Shown: positions 1 through 9,437, numbered from the stretch's first letter. The stretch is 64,000 nt of DNA from an uncultured Eubacteriales bacterium (GCA_949077035.1 CARUPR010000008.1:5240-69239), one strand, 5' to 3'. The notes: generated by a model not told the origin, from the letters alone. Program-made: numbers and translations.

Positions 1-1
1 T

Positions 2-286
2 TTGCGTATTCTTTTCTGTGATTTTGATGAAAATCATGTGCGTGAACAACTGAAAATGTGCTATACTGATATAGAAAAGCTTAGAAAGGTGTATGGCGAT
101 GATATAATCTATCTTGATGCCATGAAATCACCTATCAAAAGAATACAAGACAAATTTCGATATCAAATTATGATGAGGTTTAAACTGGCTAAGGCTGACA
201 ATATTGAAAATGAGGTTTTTAGGATGGTTGATTCTGCCACCAAAAATTCGGTGTTTTTTGAAGTCAATCCTCAAAACCTATCTTAA
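2..286 (+). CDS. priA: C-terminal end of primosomal protein N' (PriA), 5'-truncated by the window edge
   Basis: ORF is open to the window start. It sits directly upstream of def-fmt, as in the conserved Firmicutes priA-def-fmt order. The tail ...PIKRIQDKFRYQIMMRF... resembles the PriA C-terminal domain. Confidence 0.55.
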   Translation: MRILFCDFDENHVREQLKMCYTDIEKLRKVYGDDIIYLDAMKSPIKRIQDKFRYQIMMRFKLAKADNIENEVFRMVDSATKNSVFFEVNPQNLS

Positions 287-445
287 TTTGATAAATTGAA
301 AATTTGCAAAAGCTTTTTATTTTTAAATAAATTGAATTTGTTTTTAAATTTATTATCTATTTTGTATGATGAAATGATTGATAAATAAAAAGTTGATGAT
401 TAAAGTTTAAAAACTTATAAGTAAAAAAATATTCAGGAGAAAATT

Positions 446-919
446 ATGGCAATAAGAAATGTGACAATGATTGGTGAGGCTGTTTTAAGAAAGAAATCAA
501 AGCCTGTCAAAGATTTTGATGAGGACCTTTGGCAACTGCTTGATGACATGAAGGAAACTATGTATCAAAATGACGGCATGGGTCTTGCGGCTCCACAAGT
601 GGGCGTTTTAAGAAGGGCTGTTGTTATTGATGTCAACAATGCTTTTATAGAGCTTATAAATCCTGTCATTATAAAAACCAAGGGTGAAGATATTGAAGAT
701 GAAGGCTGTTTGTCTGTCGGAAAGTTTAGGGGAAGAGTTTCAAGACCGATGGAAGTGACAGTTCGCGCCCAAGATAGATATGGTTTTGAGTTCACTTTGA
801 CTGGTGAAAAATGGCTTGCACGTTGCATATGTCATGAGCTTGACCATCTTGACGGAATTTTATTTGTTGATAAAAGCCTTGATAAGGACAAATATCTCAA
901 AAATGGTGGAAGAATTTAA
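446..919 (+). CDS. def: peptide deformylase
   Basis: All three deformylase motifs are present: GMGLAAPQVG, EGCLSVG, HELDHLDG. SD AGGAGA lies 6 nt upstream of the ATG. Confidence 0.95.
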   Translation: MAIRNVTMIGEAVLRKKSKPVKDFDEDLWQLLDDMKETMYQNDGMGLAAPQVGVLRRAVVIDVNNAFIELINPVIIKTKGEDIEDEGCLSVGKFRGRVSRPMEVTVRAQDRYGFEFTLTGEKWLARCICHELDHLDGILFVDKSLDKDKYLKNGGRI

Positions 920-970
920 GTCTTATTAAAGATTAAAAAGAAAGAAAAGAAAAAGTTAAAAGTTGGTTTT

Positions 971-1888
971 ATGAAAGTTTTATTTTTAGGAAGTTCTCAT
1001 TTTTCAAAAATTGTGCTTGAAAAAATGCTTGAAAGAGGGATTGATGTTTCTTGCATCATCACTCAGCCAGACCGTCCTTCCGGTCGTGGCCATAAGCTTG
1101 CACAAACAGAGGTTAAAAGTTTTGCTATCGAAAGAGGTTTGTCTGTCAAAACTTTTGATAAGCTTAGATTGCATATTGATGAAATAAAGGATATTGATTT
1201 TGACATATCTGTTGTTGCTTCATTTGGTCAAATTTTGCCTGATGAATTTTTGGCTTTGAAGTTATGCATCAATGTTCATCCTTCTATTCTGCCAAAATAT
1301 AGAGGAGCTTCGCCTATTCAAAGTGCAATCTTGAATGGTGATGAGCTTACAGGGGTGACAATCATGAAGGTTGCTCATGAGGTAGATTCGGGCGATATTA
1401 TTAAACAAAAAGAGTTTGTTTTAAATGGTGAGTATTATCATGAAGCTGAAGAGAAGCTTGCTGATATCGGCGGCGATATGGTAAGTGATGTCCTTGAAGA
1501 ATATCAAAATGGTCATATTACATTTACAAAGCAGGACCATGAAAAAGCAACTTTGGTTGGCAAATTTTGCAAGGAAGATGGTAGGCTTGATTTTTCTTTG
1601 TCTGCAAAAGCGATTGTAAACAGGGTTCGTGCGCTTTCTCAAGAGGTGGGCACATATTTTGTCGTTGACGGCAATGTGATTAAGGTTGAAAAGGTAGCCG
1701 ATGTCAGTGGTCAGTTTGATGCAAAACCAAATGAAATCTTAAATGACAAAAAGCATTTTGTGATTGGTTGCAAAGATGGTGCTGTTGAAGTTCTTGTTTG
1801 CAAAGCACCTTCTGGGAAAAGTATAAGTGGAAGAGATTTTTTAAATGGTCATAATGATTTTCTTGCAAAAAGGATAGACAATGCTTAG
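971..1888 (+). CDS. fmt: methionyl-tRNA formyltransferase
   Basis: Motifs SFGQILP and NVHPSILPKYRGASPIQ are present. Position immediately after def. Confidence 0.93.
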   Translation: MKVLFLGSSHFSKIVLEKMLERGIDVSCIITQPDRPSGRGHKLAQTEVKSFAIERGLSVKTFDKLRLHIDEIKDIDFDISVVASFGQILPDEFLALKLCINVHPSILPKYRGASPIQSAILNGDELTGVTIMKVAHEVDSGDIIKQKEFVLNGEYYHEAEEKLADIGGDMVSDVLEEYQNGHITFTKQDHEKATLVGKFCKEDGRLDFSLSAKAIVNRVRALSQEVGTYFVVDGNVIKVEKVADVSGQFDAKPNEILNDKKHFVIGCKDGAVEVLVCKAPSGKSISGRDFLNGHNDFLAKRIDNA

Positions 1889-2915
1889 TGATTTTTCTTT
1901 TGAAGAGATGAAAGAATATGTGGTGAAATTGGGTTTGCCTGCTTTTAGAGGCGAACAGATTTTTAATGCAATTTACAGCGGAAAAACTCTTGAAGAGATA
2001 ACAAACATTCCAAAGGCTTTAAAAGAGATAATCAAGGATGATTATCCTAATTATAAAATTTTAAAAAAGTTTGTCAGTCGTGATGGCACACAAAAGTTTA
2101 TCATTGAGTTTGGTGATGGCAACATTGTTGAAAGCGTGCTGATGAAATATAAATATGGTTATACCGTCTGCCTTTCTTCGCAGGTTGGTTGCAGAATGGG
2201 CTGCAAATTTTGCGCCTCAACTTTGAATGGGCTTGCCAGAAATTTATCAAGCGGTGAAATTTTGGGGCAGCTTTTGCTTATCAATCGTGAAATTGGTGGC
2301 AGTGAAAAAAATCGCCAGATTACAAATATTGTGCTTATGGGCAGCGGAGAACCTCTTGACAACTTTGAAAATGTTTGCAAGTTTATTGATATGATTTCTT
2401 CAAGCAGAGGGCTTAACATAAGCCAAAGAAATATATCGCTTTCAACCTGTGGTTTGGTTGATAAGATAGAACTTTTAGCCGAAAAAAGATATAATATTTC
2501 GCTTACAATCTCTCTTCATGCAACATTGGATGAAAAGAGGGCTGAGGTTATGCCAATAGCAAATAGATATAAAATATCAGAGATTATTGAGGGATGCAAA
2601 AATTATTATCAAAAGACCAAAAGAAGGATATATTTTGAATATACTCTTATCAAAGGTGTCAATGATGCAAATGATGATGCAGTAAGATTGTCAAAACTTT
2701 TAAAAAATTTAAATGCCCATGTCAATATCATTCCGCTTAATGAAGTTAAGGAAAGAGATTTGAAAGGCACAACAAGACTTGAAGCTTATAAATTTGCAGA
2801 CTTACTTAAAAGTTATGGTGTATCGGCAACTGTCAGAAGGACAATGGGCGAGGATATTGCAGGTGCCTGTGGTCAGCTTAGAAATAAGATAATAAAAGAT
2901 GCTAATAAAAAATAA
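1881..2915 (+). CDS. rlmN: 23S rRNA/tRNA adenine-C2 methyltransferase RlmN (radical SAM)
   Basis: Radical-SAM cluster CRMGCKFC, GSGEPLDN, and the C-terminal catalytic Cys in ACGQL. Overlaps the fmt stop by 8 nt. Confidence 0.93.
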   Translation: MLSDFSFEEMKEYVVKLGLPAFRGEQIFNAIYSGKTLEEITNIPKALKEIIKDDYPNYKILKKFVSRDGTQKFIIEFGDGNIVESVLMKYKYGYTVCLSSQVGCRMGCKFCASTLNGLARNLSSGEILGQLLLINREIGGSEKNRQITNIVLMGSGEPLDNFENVCKFIDMISSSRGLNISQRNISLSTCGLVDKIELLAEKRYNISLTISLHATLDEKRAEVMPIANRYKISEIIEGCKNYYQKTKRRIYFEYTLIKGVNDANDDAVRLSKLLKNLNAHVNIIPLNEVKERDLKGTTRLEAYKFADLLKSYGVSATVRRTMGEDIAGACGQLRNKIIKDANKK

Positions 2916-3290
2916 TCAATAAAATATTACATAATTTTATTGTTTTTGATGAAATTATTAAAAAAATTGCAAAAAATATCAGAAAAATATAAAATAAATT
3001 AAAATTAAATAAAAAATCATTTAAAAATTATAAAATAATTATTAAAAATAAAAATTAAATAAATAAAAATAAAAAAATAAATTGATAAAATAATAATAAT
3101 TCATTAAAAAATTAAAAATAATTAATTTTAATAAATAAAATAATTAAAAAATTATTAAAAAATAATAAAAAATAATAAAAAATATTAAATTTAATATAAA
3201 TTAATTAAAATTAATATAAAAAATGATGAAAAATTAATTATATATAAATTAAATTATCAAAAAAAGAAAAGAAATTAAAAAGCTTAACAA
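2916..3290. repeat. A/T-only low-complexity intergenic tract (A-rich on + strand)
   Basis: About 375 bp between rlmN and rsgA. Roughly 3000-3230 has almost no G or C and is built from AAAAATTAAAT-like units. Confidence 0.8.
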
Positions 3291-3304
3291 AAACAGGAGG
3301 AAAG

Positions 3305-4144
3305 GTGCAAGGTTTGGTTGTGTGCAAAAATGCCGATTTATTTTCGGTTGAATGTGACGGAAAATTGTATAATTTAAAACCAAGTGGCAAAACAAAAGCC
3401 AAAGGCATTTTTGTTGGCGACAGGGTTGAATTTGGTGATAATATAACCAATGTTTTGTCAAGAAAAAATCTTTTGATAAGACCGCCTGTTGCAAACATAG
3501 ATAGAATTTTTATTGTCATATCAATGCTGCCAAAACCTGATTTTGTGCTGGTTGATAAGATTTTGATATATTGTGCACTTAATGGTATTCAACCTTTCAT
3601 AGTTATCAACAAGCTTGACCTTTGTGACAGAGAGTTTGTTGAAAGGATAGATGAAGATTATGGAGAAAATTATAAAATAATAAAAGTCTGTGCAAAAGAT
3701 GGAAATGTTGAAGAACTTAAATCACAAATCAAAGGCCTTTGTGTTATGGCTGGGCAGAGTGCGGTTGGCAAGTCATCTATCATAAATGCAATATTTAAAA
3801 ATCAAGATGAAATGGTTGGTGCTCTTTCAAAAAAGATTGACAGAGGAAGGCAGACCACTCGCATTGTAAAATTGTTTAAGATTGATGAAAATTATCTTGC
3901 AGATACAGCAGGGTTTTCGCTTCTTGACCTTTCAATGGTTTCCAAACTTGAAGAACGAGAGCTTGCTGCCTATTATCCAGATTTTTTGGAAGGGCGGGCA
4001 AACTGCAAATATCGTTCTTGTTTGCATATTTCAAATTCTGAATGTGGGGTTGTTGAAAATGTGCAGATAGGCAAAATTTCAAAAAGGCGATATGAGAATT
4101 ATTTGAAAATTTTGGAAGAACTTAAAAGTGGAAGAAAGTTTTAA
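3305..4144 (+). CDS. rsgA: ribosome small-subunit-dependent GTPase A
   Basis: Circularly permuted GTPase motifs NKLDL, GQSAVGKSS and DTAGF. C-terminal zinc motif CKYRSCLHISNSEC. GTG start 6 nt after AGGAGG. Confidence 0.9.
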   Translation: MQGLVVCKNADLFSVECDGKLYNLKPSGKTKAKGIFVGDRVEFGDNITNVLSRKNLLIRPPVANIDRIFIVISMLPKPDFVLVDKILIYCALNGIQPFIVINKLDLCDREFVERIDEDYGENYKIIKVCAKDGNVEELKSQIKGLCVMAGQSAVGKSSIINAIFKNQDEMVGALSKKIDRGRQTTRIVKLFKIDENYLADTAGFSLLDLSMVSKLEERELAAYYPDFLEGRANCKYRSCLHISNSECGVVENVQIGKISKRRYENYLKILEELKSGRKF

Positions 4145-4258
4145 AAAACAAATTATAAATAAAAGATTATCTTTTTAAAATAAAAGAGTAAATTAAAAAA
4201 AAGAGATTAAAATTTTATAATAAAAAGATATGCAAAAGAGAAAAATAGGGAGAAGAGT

Positions 4259-4924
4259 ATGAAAAATAATATTTATGTTTCTGTTTCAACAGACCCCATC
4301 AAAGAATATCAGAAGGTGGTGGAGTATGCAAAAAGTCTGCAAGGAATTGCCGACCTTATACATTGTGATGTCAAAGATGGGGTTTTTGTTTCAAGCAAAA
4401 ATTTTGATGCCGGACTTACTCGAAATATAAATCAAAACTGCTTGACAATGCTTGATGTCCATCTTATGTGCAGTGAGCCGCTTAAGATGATTGACGACTA
4501 TCTTAAAGCGGGTGCAAATATAGTCACCATTCATTATGAAGCTTTTGAAGATAAAAATGATATTGTGCTTGCATTGAATAAGTTGAAAGATGCCAAAGCT
4601 TTGGCTGGGCTTGCAATTAAACCTGAAACTGAGATAAAGGAAATAAAGATGTTTTTGCATGATTTTGATATCATTCTTGTTTTGGGTGTTCAGCCTGGTG
4701 CAAGTGGTCAAAAATTCATTCCTTCCGCACTTGATAAAATCAAACTGCTTGATGAGATAAGAGAAAAGAATGATTTTAAATTTAAAATTGAAGTGGATGG
4801 AGGAGTAAGTGTTGATAATGCTCAAGAACTTATTTCGGCAGGTGCTGATATTTTGGTGAGTGGAAGTTTTATTTATAAAGCGCAAGATAGGCAGGCTGCC
4901 ATCAATAGTTTGAAAGGAAGATAA
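4259..4924 (+). CDS. rpe: ribulose-phosphate 3-epimerase
   Basis: Motifs HCDVKDG, LDVHLM, VQPGASGQKF and EVDGGV. Follows rsgA as in Bacillus. Confidence 0.9.
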   Translation: MKNNIYVSVSTDPIKEYQKVVEYAKSLQGIADLIHCDVKDGVFVSSKNFDAGLTRNINQNCLTMLDVHLMCSEPLKMIDDYLKAGANIVTIHYEAFEDKNDIVLALNKLKDAKALAGLAIKPETEIKEIKMFLHDFDIILVLGVQPGASGQKFIPSALDKIKLLDEIREKNDFKFKIEVDGGVSVDNAQELISAGADILVSGSFIYKAQDRQAAINSLKGR

Positions 4925-4937
4925 TGCATGCAAAATA

Positions 4938-5056
4938 GGTTGGAGGGCGCTCGGGGACGAGAGTCAACCTTTGAATGAGACATTCAAAGGTTTGTTCACG
5001 GCAGTGAACAGCTTGACGGAAGGTCAAGCACTCTCGTCCCCGTCCCCGCACCAATT
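4938..5056 (+). ncRNA. unidentified GC-rich structured RNA candidate (four-way junction)
   Basis: P1 pairs 4952-4963 (cggggacgagag) with 5031-5042 (ctctcgtccccg). Three enclosed hairpins: 4965-4994, 4995-5008 and 5011-5029. Outer ggttgg/ccaatt pairing needs G-U, which favours the + strand. G+C is far above the surrounding intergenic DNA. Confidence 0.4.
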
Positions 5057-5118
5057 TGGTAACAAACGCAAAATAGAAAAAATCAAATTCAAAAATACAA
5101 AATAAAAAAATATAAAAA

Positions 5119-5149
5119 TATCTTCAAAATTGCTTGAAGATTTTTTTTA
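5119..5149 (+). terminator. intrinsic terminator downstream of rpe and the structured element
   Basis: Stem atcttcaa/ttgaagat with a 6-nt loop, followed by T8. Confidence 0.6.
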
Positions 5150-5162
5150 AATGAGCTATAAT
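5134..5162 (+). promoter_or_regulatory. candidate sigma-A promoter of ppdK
   Basis: TTGAAG, 17-nt spacer, TATAAT. The -10 ends 30 nt upstream of the ppdK ATG. Confidence 0.45.
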
Positions 5163-5191
5163 TTAAGGGTAGATTATAAAAAGGAGAAAAT

Positions 5192-7816
5192 ATGAAACAA
5201 TTTGTTTATTTGTTTAAAGAAGCTGATGGAAAAAATAAAGCTCTCTTTGGTGGCAAAGGCGCAAACCTTGCTGAAATGACAAATCTCGGTATGCCTGTTC
5301 CTCAAGGCTTTACCATTACAACTGAGGCCTGCACTCAGTATTATAAAGACGGCAAAAAAATCAATGAATCAATTATGTCGCAAATCGAAAACAAACTTAA
5401 TGACCTTGAAAAGATGACAGGCAAGAAGTTTGGTGACAAGAAAAATCCTCTTCTTGTATCTGTTCGTTCAGGAGCTAGAGTTTCTATGCCTGGTATGATG
5501 GATACAATCCTCAACCTTGGTCTTAATGACGAAGTTGTTGAAGGTCTTGCAAAACTTACAAACAATGCAAGATTTGCTTATGACTCATATAGAAGATTTA
5601 TCCAAATGTTCTCAGATGTTGTAATGCAACAAGAAAAATCAAAATATGAAAGAATTCTTGACAAAGTTAAGGAAGAAAAGGGTGTTGAATTTGATAAAGA
5701 CCTCACCGCTGAAGACCTTAAAGAAATCGTAAATATGTTTAAAGAGCTTTACAAAAAAGCTCAGGGCGAAGAATTCCCACAAGAACCTCGTATCCAACTT
5801 ATCGAAGCTGTTAAGGCTGTATTCCGTTCTTGGGATAATGACAGAGCAAATGTCTATAGAAGAATGCATGACATCCCTTATGAATGGGGAACTGCTGTCA
5901 ATGTTCAATCAATGGTATTTGGAAACATGGGTGAAACCTCAGGAACAGGTGTTGCCTTCTCTCGTAACCCTGCAACTGGTGAAAACAAACTCTATGGTGA
6001 ATATCTTATGAATGCTCAAGGCGAAGACGTTGTTGCTGGTATCAGAACTCCACTTCCAATTTCAAGTCTTGAAAAACAAAATCCAAAGGTTTATAAAGAA
6101 TTTGCTGATATTGCAAAGAAACTTGAAAAACACAACAAAGATATGCAAGATATGGAGTTTACTATCGAAAATGGCAAACTTTATATGCTTCAAACAAGAA
6201 ATGGTAAAAGAACTGCTAAGGCAGCATTGAAAGTTGCTGTAGACCTTGTAAGCGAAGGTATGATTACAGAAAAAGAAGCTCTTATGATGCTTGACCCAAA
6301 ACAACTTGATGCTCTCTTGCACCCACAATTTGATGATGCCGCTTTGAAGAAAGCGACTCCAATCGCAGAAGCTCTTCCTGCATCACCTGGTGCAGCTTGT
6401 GGTAAAATCTATTTTACAGCTGAAAAAGCAAAAGAAATGTCTGCAACTGAAAAGGTTGTTCTCGTTCGTCTTGAAACTTCACCAGAAGATATTGAGGGTA
6501 TGGCTGTAAGTCAAGGTGTATTGACTGCTCGTGGTGGTATGACTTCTCACGCTGCCGTTGTTGCTCGTGGTATGGGAACTGCCTGCGTTGCTGGTTGCAG
6601 TGCAATTAAGTTTGCTGATGATGAAAAATCTTTCACTCTTGGCGGAAAGGTATATCATGAAGGAGATGATATCTCTTTTGATGGCTCAACTGGAAAAATC
6701 TATGATGGTATTATGGCTACAGAACCTGCTAAGATTTCAGGTGAGTTTGCTACTATTATGGAATGGGCAGACAAATATCGTGCAATGCAAGTTCGCACAA
6801 ATGCCGATAATCCAAAAGATGCAAGAAATGCATTCAATTTCGGTGCTCAAGGTGTAGGTCTTTGCAGAACAGAACATATGTTCTTTGAAGCTGACAGAAT
6901 CCCTGCGGTAAGAGAAATGATTGTTTCTTCAACTGTTGAAGAAAGAAAGAAAGCTCTTGCAAAACTTCTTCCTATGCAAAGAAAAGACTTTATCGGAATT
7001 TATAAGGCAATGGAAGGACTTCCTGTTACTATCCGTTTCCTTGACCCACCACTTCATGAGTTCTTACCTCACGAAAATAGTGAAATCAGAGCTCTCGCTG
7101 AAGAAATGGGAATCACTTTTGATAAATTAAAACAAACAGTTGCTGACCTTCACGAATTCAACCCAATGATGGGACACCGTGGACTTAGACTTGCAGTAAC
7201 TTATCCTGAAATTGCTGAAATGCAAACTCAAGCGGTTATTGAAGCTGCAATTGATGTAAACAAAGAAATGGGCTTCAAAATTGTTCCTGAAATTATGATT
7301 CCTCTTACTTGTGATTCAAAAGAATTTAAGTATGTTCGCGACATCGTTGCAAACAAGGCTGATGAAATTATCAGAGAAAATGGTGTTGAACTTAGCTATA
7401 AGATAGGAACTATGATTGAAATTCCTCGTGCTGCATTGACAGCTGATGAAGTTGCCAATAGCGCTGAATTCTTCTCATTCGGAACTAATGACCTTACTCA
7501 AATGACTTATGGATTTAGTCGTGATGACTCAAGTAAATTCCTTGATGTATATTATTCTAAGAAGATATTTGAAAGCGACCCATTTGCAAGAATCGACCAA
7601 AATGGTGTTGGCAAACTTGTTAAGATGGCAAGCGAACTTGGAAGAAAGGCAAGACCTGATATCAAACTTGGTATCTGTGGTGAACATGGTGGTGACCCAT
7701 CAAGTGTAGAATTCTGCCATAACTGCGGACTTACCTATGTATCTTGCTCTCCATTCAGAGTTCCAATTGCAAGACTTGCTGCAGCTCAAGCAAATATCAA
7801 AAATCCAAGAAGATAA
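5192..7816 (+). CDS. ppdK: pyruvate, phosphate dikinase
   Basis: 874 aa. Motifs: GGKGANLAEM, phosphohistidine GGMTSHAAVVARGMG, GLCRTEHMF, FSFGTNDLTQM, CGEHGGDP. Confidence 0.97.
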   Translation: MKQFVYLFKEADGKNKALFGGKGANLAEMTNLGMPVPQGFTITTEACTQYYKDGKKINESIMSQIENKLNDLEKMTGKKFGDKKNPLLVSVRSGARVSMPGMMDTILNLGLNDEVVEGLAKLTNNARFAYDSYRRFIQMFSDVVMQQEKSKYERILDKVKEEKGVEFDKDLTAEDLKEIVNMFKELYKKAQGEEFPQEPRIQLIEAVKAVFRSWDNDRANVYRRMHDIPYEWGTAVNVQSMVFGNMGETSGTGVAFSRNPATGENKLYGEYLMNAQGEDVVAGIRTPLPISSLEKQNPKVYKEFADIAKKLEKHNKDMQDMEFTIENGKLYMLQTRNGKRTAKAALKVAVDLVSEGMITEKEALMMLDPKQLDALLHPQFDDAALKKATPIAEALPASPGAACGKIYFTAEKAKEMSATEKVVLVRLETSPEDIEGMAVSQGVLTARGGMTSHAAVVARGMGTACVAGCSAIKFADDEKSFTLGGKVYHEGDDISFDGSTGKIYDGIMATEPAKISGEFATIMEWADKYRAMQVRTNADNPKDARNAFNFGAQGVGLCRTEHMFFEADRIPAVREMIVSSTVEERKKALAKLLPMQRKDFIGIYKAMEGLPVTIRFLDPPLHEFLPHENSEIRALAEEMGITFDKLKQTVADLHEFNPMMGHRGLRLAVTYPEIAEMQTQAVIEAAIDVNKEMGFKIVPEIMIPLTCDSKEFKYVRDIVANKADEIIRENGVELSYKIGTMIEIPRAALTADEVANSAEFFSFGTNDLTQMTYGFSRDDSSKFLDVYYSKKIFESDPFARIDQNGVGKLVKMASELGRKARPDIKLGICGEHGGDPSSVEFCHNCGLTYVSCSPFRVPIARLAAAQANIKNPRR

Positions 7817-7861
7817 TTGGATGTTTGGTTGACAATAGCATATAACAATTTTTATAAAATA

Positions 7862-7893
7862 AAAAAGTGGGCATAATTTGCCCATTTTTCTTT
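7862..7893 (+). terminator. intrinsic terminator of ppdK
   Basis: Stem tgggca/tgccca (7868-7873/7879-7884) with loop taatt, followed by a T-run. Confidence 0.7.
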
Positions 7894-8056
7894 ATGAATG
7901 CAAGACAGTCAGGAATAAAGAGAGTGTTATTTTTAGGAACGCAAGATAGGCAGAGCGTGAGTGCTATGTTTAGGAACGCAAGATTATCTTATCACTTAAA
8001 AGTTTGGTTTATATTTATAGCACAAGCAAAGAGGGTGATGATATTAATAAAAATAT

Positions 8057-8084
8057 AAAACCATCGGAAAATCCGATGGTTTTT
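8057..8084. terminator. bidirectional intrinsic terminator
   Basis: aaaaccatcgga-aaat-tccgatggtttt, with an A-run and a T-run flanking a perfect stem. It lies downstream of the minus-strand gene at 8149. Confidence 0.7.
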
Positions 8085-8148
8085 ACAATATTTTAAATAT
8101 AATTATTTATTAATTTTATTTTAAAAATTTCTGTTTAAAGATTATATT

Positions 8149-8751
8149 TTAAAAGAATGTGTTGTATTCTTCATTATAGTCAACATAATCTTTAGATTCT
8201 TCAACAGTTTTGTTTGTTGCTTCTTTAACTTTTTTAGGTGCTTTAGCAGCTTTTGTATTGTTTTTTTTATAAACTTCAATAGCGTGACCATTTGAATCAT
8301 TGATTACAAAGTTTTGTCCGCTATAACCATATTTCTTTAATTCTTCAATACATTCCAAAGCAACATCAATATTTGCAAAGAAACCTTTATTAAAAATCTC
8401 TGTATCGCGGAAAGTCACTCTTCTTTTTTCGGTAAGATAAACATAATCATTGTTATCTACTGGTTCTGCATTTTTCAAAAGTTCATCATTTTCTCTGTAT
8501 TTTTTATTGTTTAATTCTTCTTTTGCACGTTTTTTGCATCTGTCAAGGATATATTCCTCTCCATAATAATACAACTCTTGTTCAGTGCGAGTTTTATTAT
8601 AAAGGTCTAATGCATAATCGCGAATTTCTTTTTGTGTTGGCATTATAACATAGTTTATAAATTCTTCTTTTGATTCAAAAATTGGATTTTTTTCTTTTAT
8701 GCCAAGGCAATAAATATTGTCGTTTAATTTTGATGCTTCAATATATTTCAT
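8149..8751 (-). CDS. hypothetical protein (200 aa, Lys/Glu-rich)
   Basis: Long ORF with SD AGGAGG upstream of the ATG. No motif recognised. Confidence 0.6.
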   Translation of the reverse strand: MKYIEASKLNDNIYCLGIKEKNPIFESKEEFINYVIMPTQKEIRDYALDLYNKTRTEQELYYYGEEYILDRCKKRAKEELNNKKYRENDELLKNAEPVDNNDYVYLTEKRRVTFRDTEIFNKGFFANIDVALECIEELKKYGYSGQNFVINDSNGHAIEVYKKNNTKAAKAPKKVKEATNKTVEESKDYVDYNEEYNTFF

Positions 8752-9004
8752 AATATACCTCCTAGTATTTCAATATTAATTATATCAAATTTTTAGTGAT
8801 TTGTCAAGGTAGCAAATAAATTATTATATCAATAATTTTATTTATGTTTTTGAAATTTATAAGTTTTTTGCCAATAAAGTTAATCAAAAATTTAAGATAG
8901 ACTTTTTAGTTGCTGTGCAATTTAAAAATAATATAAAATTTCTTTACTTTTTGAAAAAGATGTGTTACAATATGATAGCAAAATAATAAAAGAGGTGAAT
9001 TTTT

Positions 9005-9199
9005 ATGATGATTGAACCATCTATAGACAAACTTTTAAGTCAAACAAAAGGTAATAAATATATTTTATGCAATGTTGTATCAAAAAGAGCCAACGAAATT
9101 GAAAGCGTAAGAAGGTTGGAACTTGCCGACCAAGACAAAAAGGCTATCAGTATTGCTTGTGAAGAAGTTGCAACAGGCAAGGTAAAATATAAAAGATAA
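9005..9199 (+). CDS. rpoZ: DNA-directed RNA polymerase subunit omega
   Basis: 64 aa. N-terminus PSIDKLL...NKYILCNVVSKRANEI is typical of RpoZ. SD AGAGGTG. Confidence 0.85.
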   Translation: MMIEPSIDKLLSQTKGNKYILCNVVSKRANEIESVRRLELADQDKKAISIACEEVATGKVKYKR

Positions 9200-9322
9200 T
9201 TTATTTTTAAGATAAATTGATTTTATAAGAAAGATTTAGAATTTTTAATAATGCTTGTTATTCTTACAAATTTTATTTATATAATTTTCTTTGCTAAAAT
9301 AGATTAATATAAATTTGCAAAT

Positions 9323-9350
9323 AAAAAACACCAGTTATATGGTGTTTTTT
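9323..9350. terminator. bidirectional intrinsic terminator
   Basis: aaaaaacacca-gttata-tggtgtttttt, between the convergent genes rpoZ and 9438..10793. Confidence 0.65.
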
Positions 9351-9437
9351 ATTGTTTTATAAATTTTTTATTTTAAATTTGTAATGAAATTTTTAATTAA
9401 TCAAAATTGATTTATCAAACCAAGCGTCAACGGGAAC

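Noticed and set aside
2916-3290. Replication origin or DNA-unwinding element in the A/T-only tract
   Set aside because: No DnaA boxes (TTATCCACA or close variants) and no dnaA/dnaN nearby. A-rich sense-strand spacers recur upstream of many + strand genes in this window (for example 48872-49048 and 50585-50800), so composition alone is not evidence.
4391-4933. 180-aa antisense ORF opposite rpe, and similar long shadow ORFs (565..828, 36374..36757, 62678..63148, 63069..63533, 58651..58989, 41591..41959)
   Set aside because: They lie entirely antisense to genes with unambiguous catalytic motifs, lack SD sequences, and have low-complexity or odd composition. They are typical shadow ORFs.
4938-5056. 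Known RNA classes for the GC-rich element: 4.5S/SRP RNA, tRNA, SAM-I riboswitch, TwoAYGGAY motif, integron attC
   Set aside because: SRP RNA is one long hairpin with conserved GGAA/AGCA loops, which are absent here. The stems (12, 13, 7 bp) are too long for a tRNA and no T-loop is present. The S-box consensus (GAGGGA...GCAACC) is missing. The loops ACGGCA/ACGGAA do not satisfy AYGGAY. There are no GTTRRRY/RYYYAAC cores and no integrase.
7867-8058. 63-aa ORF downstream of ppdK as a protein-coding gene
   Set aside because: It starts inside the ppdK terminator hairpin, has no SD, and ends at the next terminator. It is more likely non-coding.
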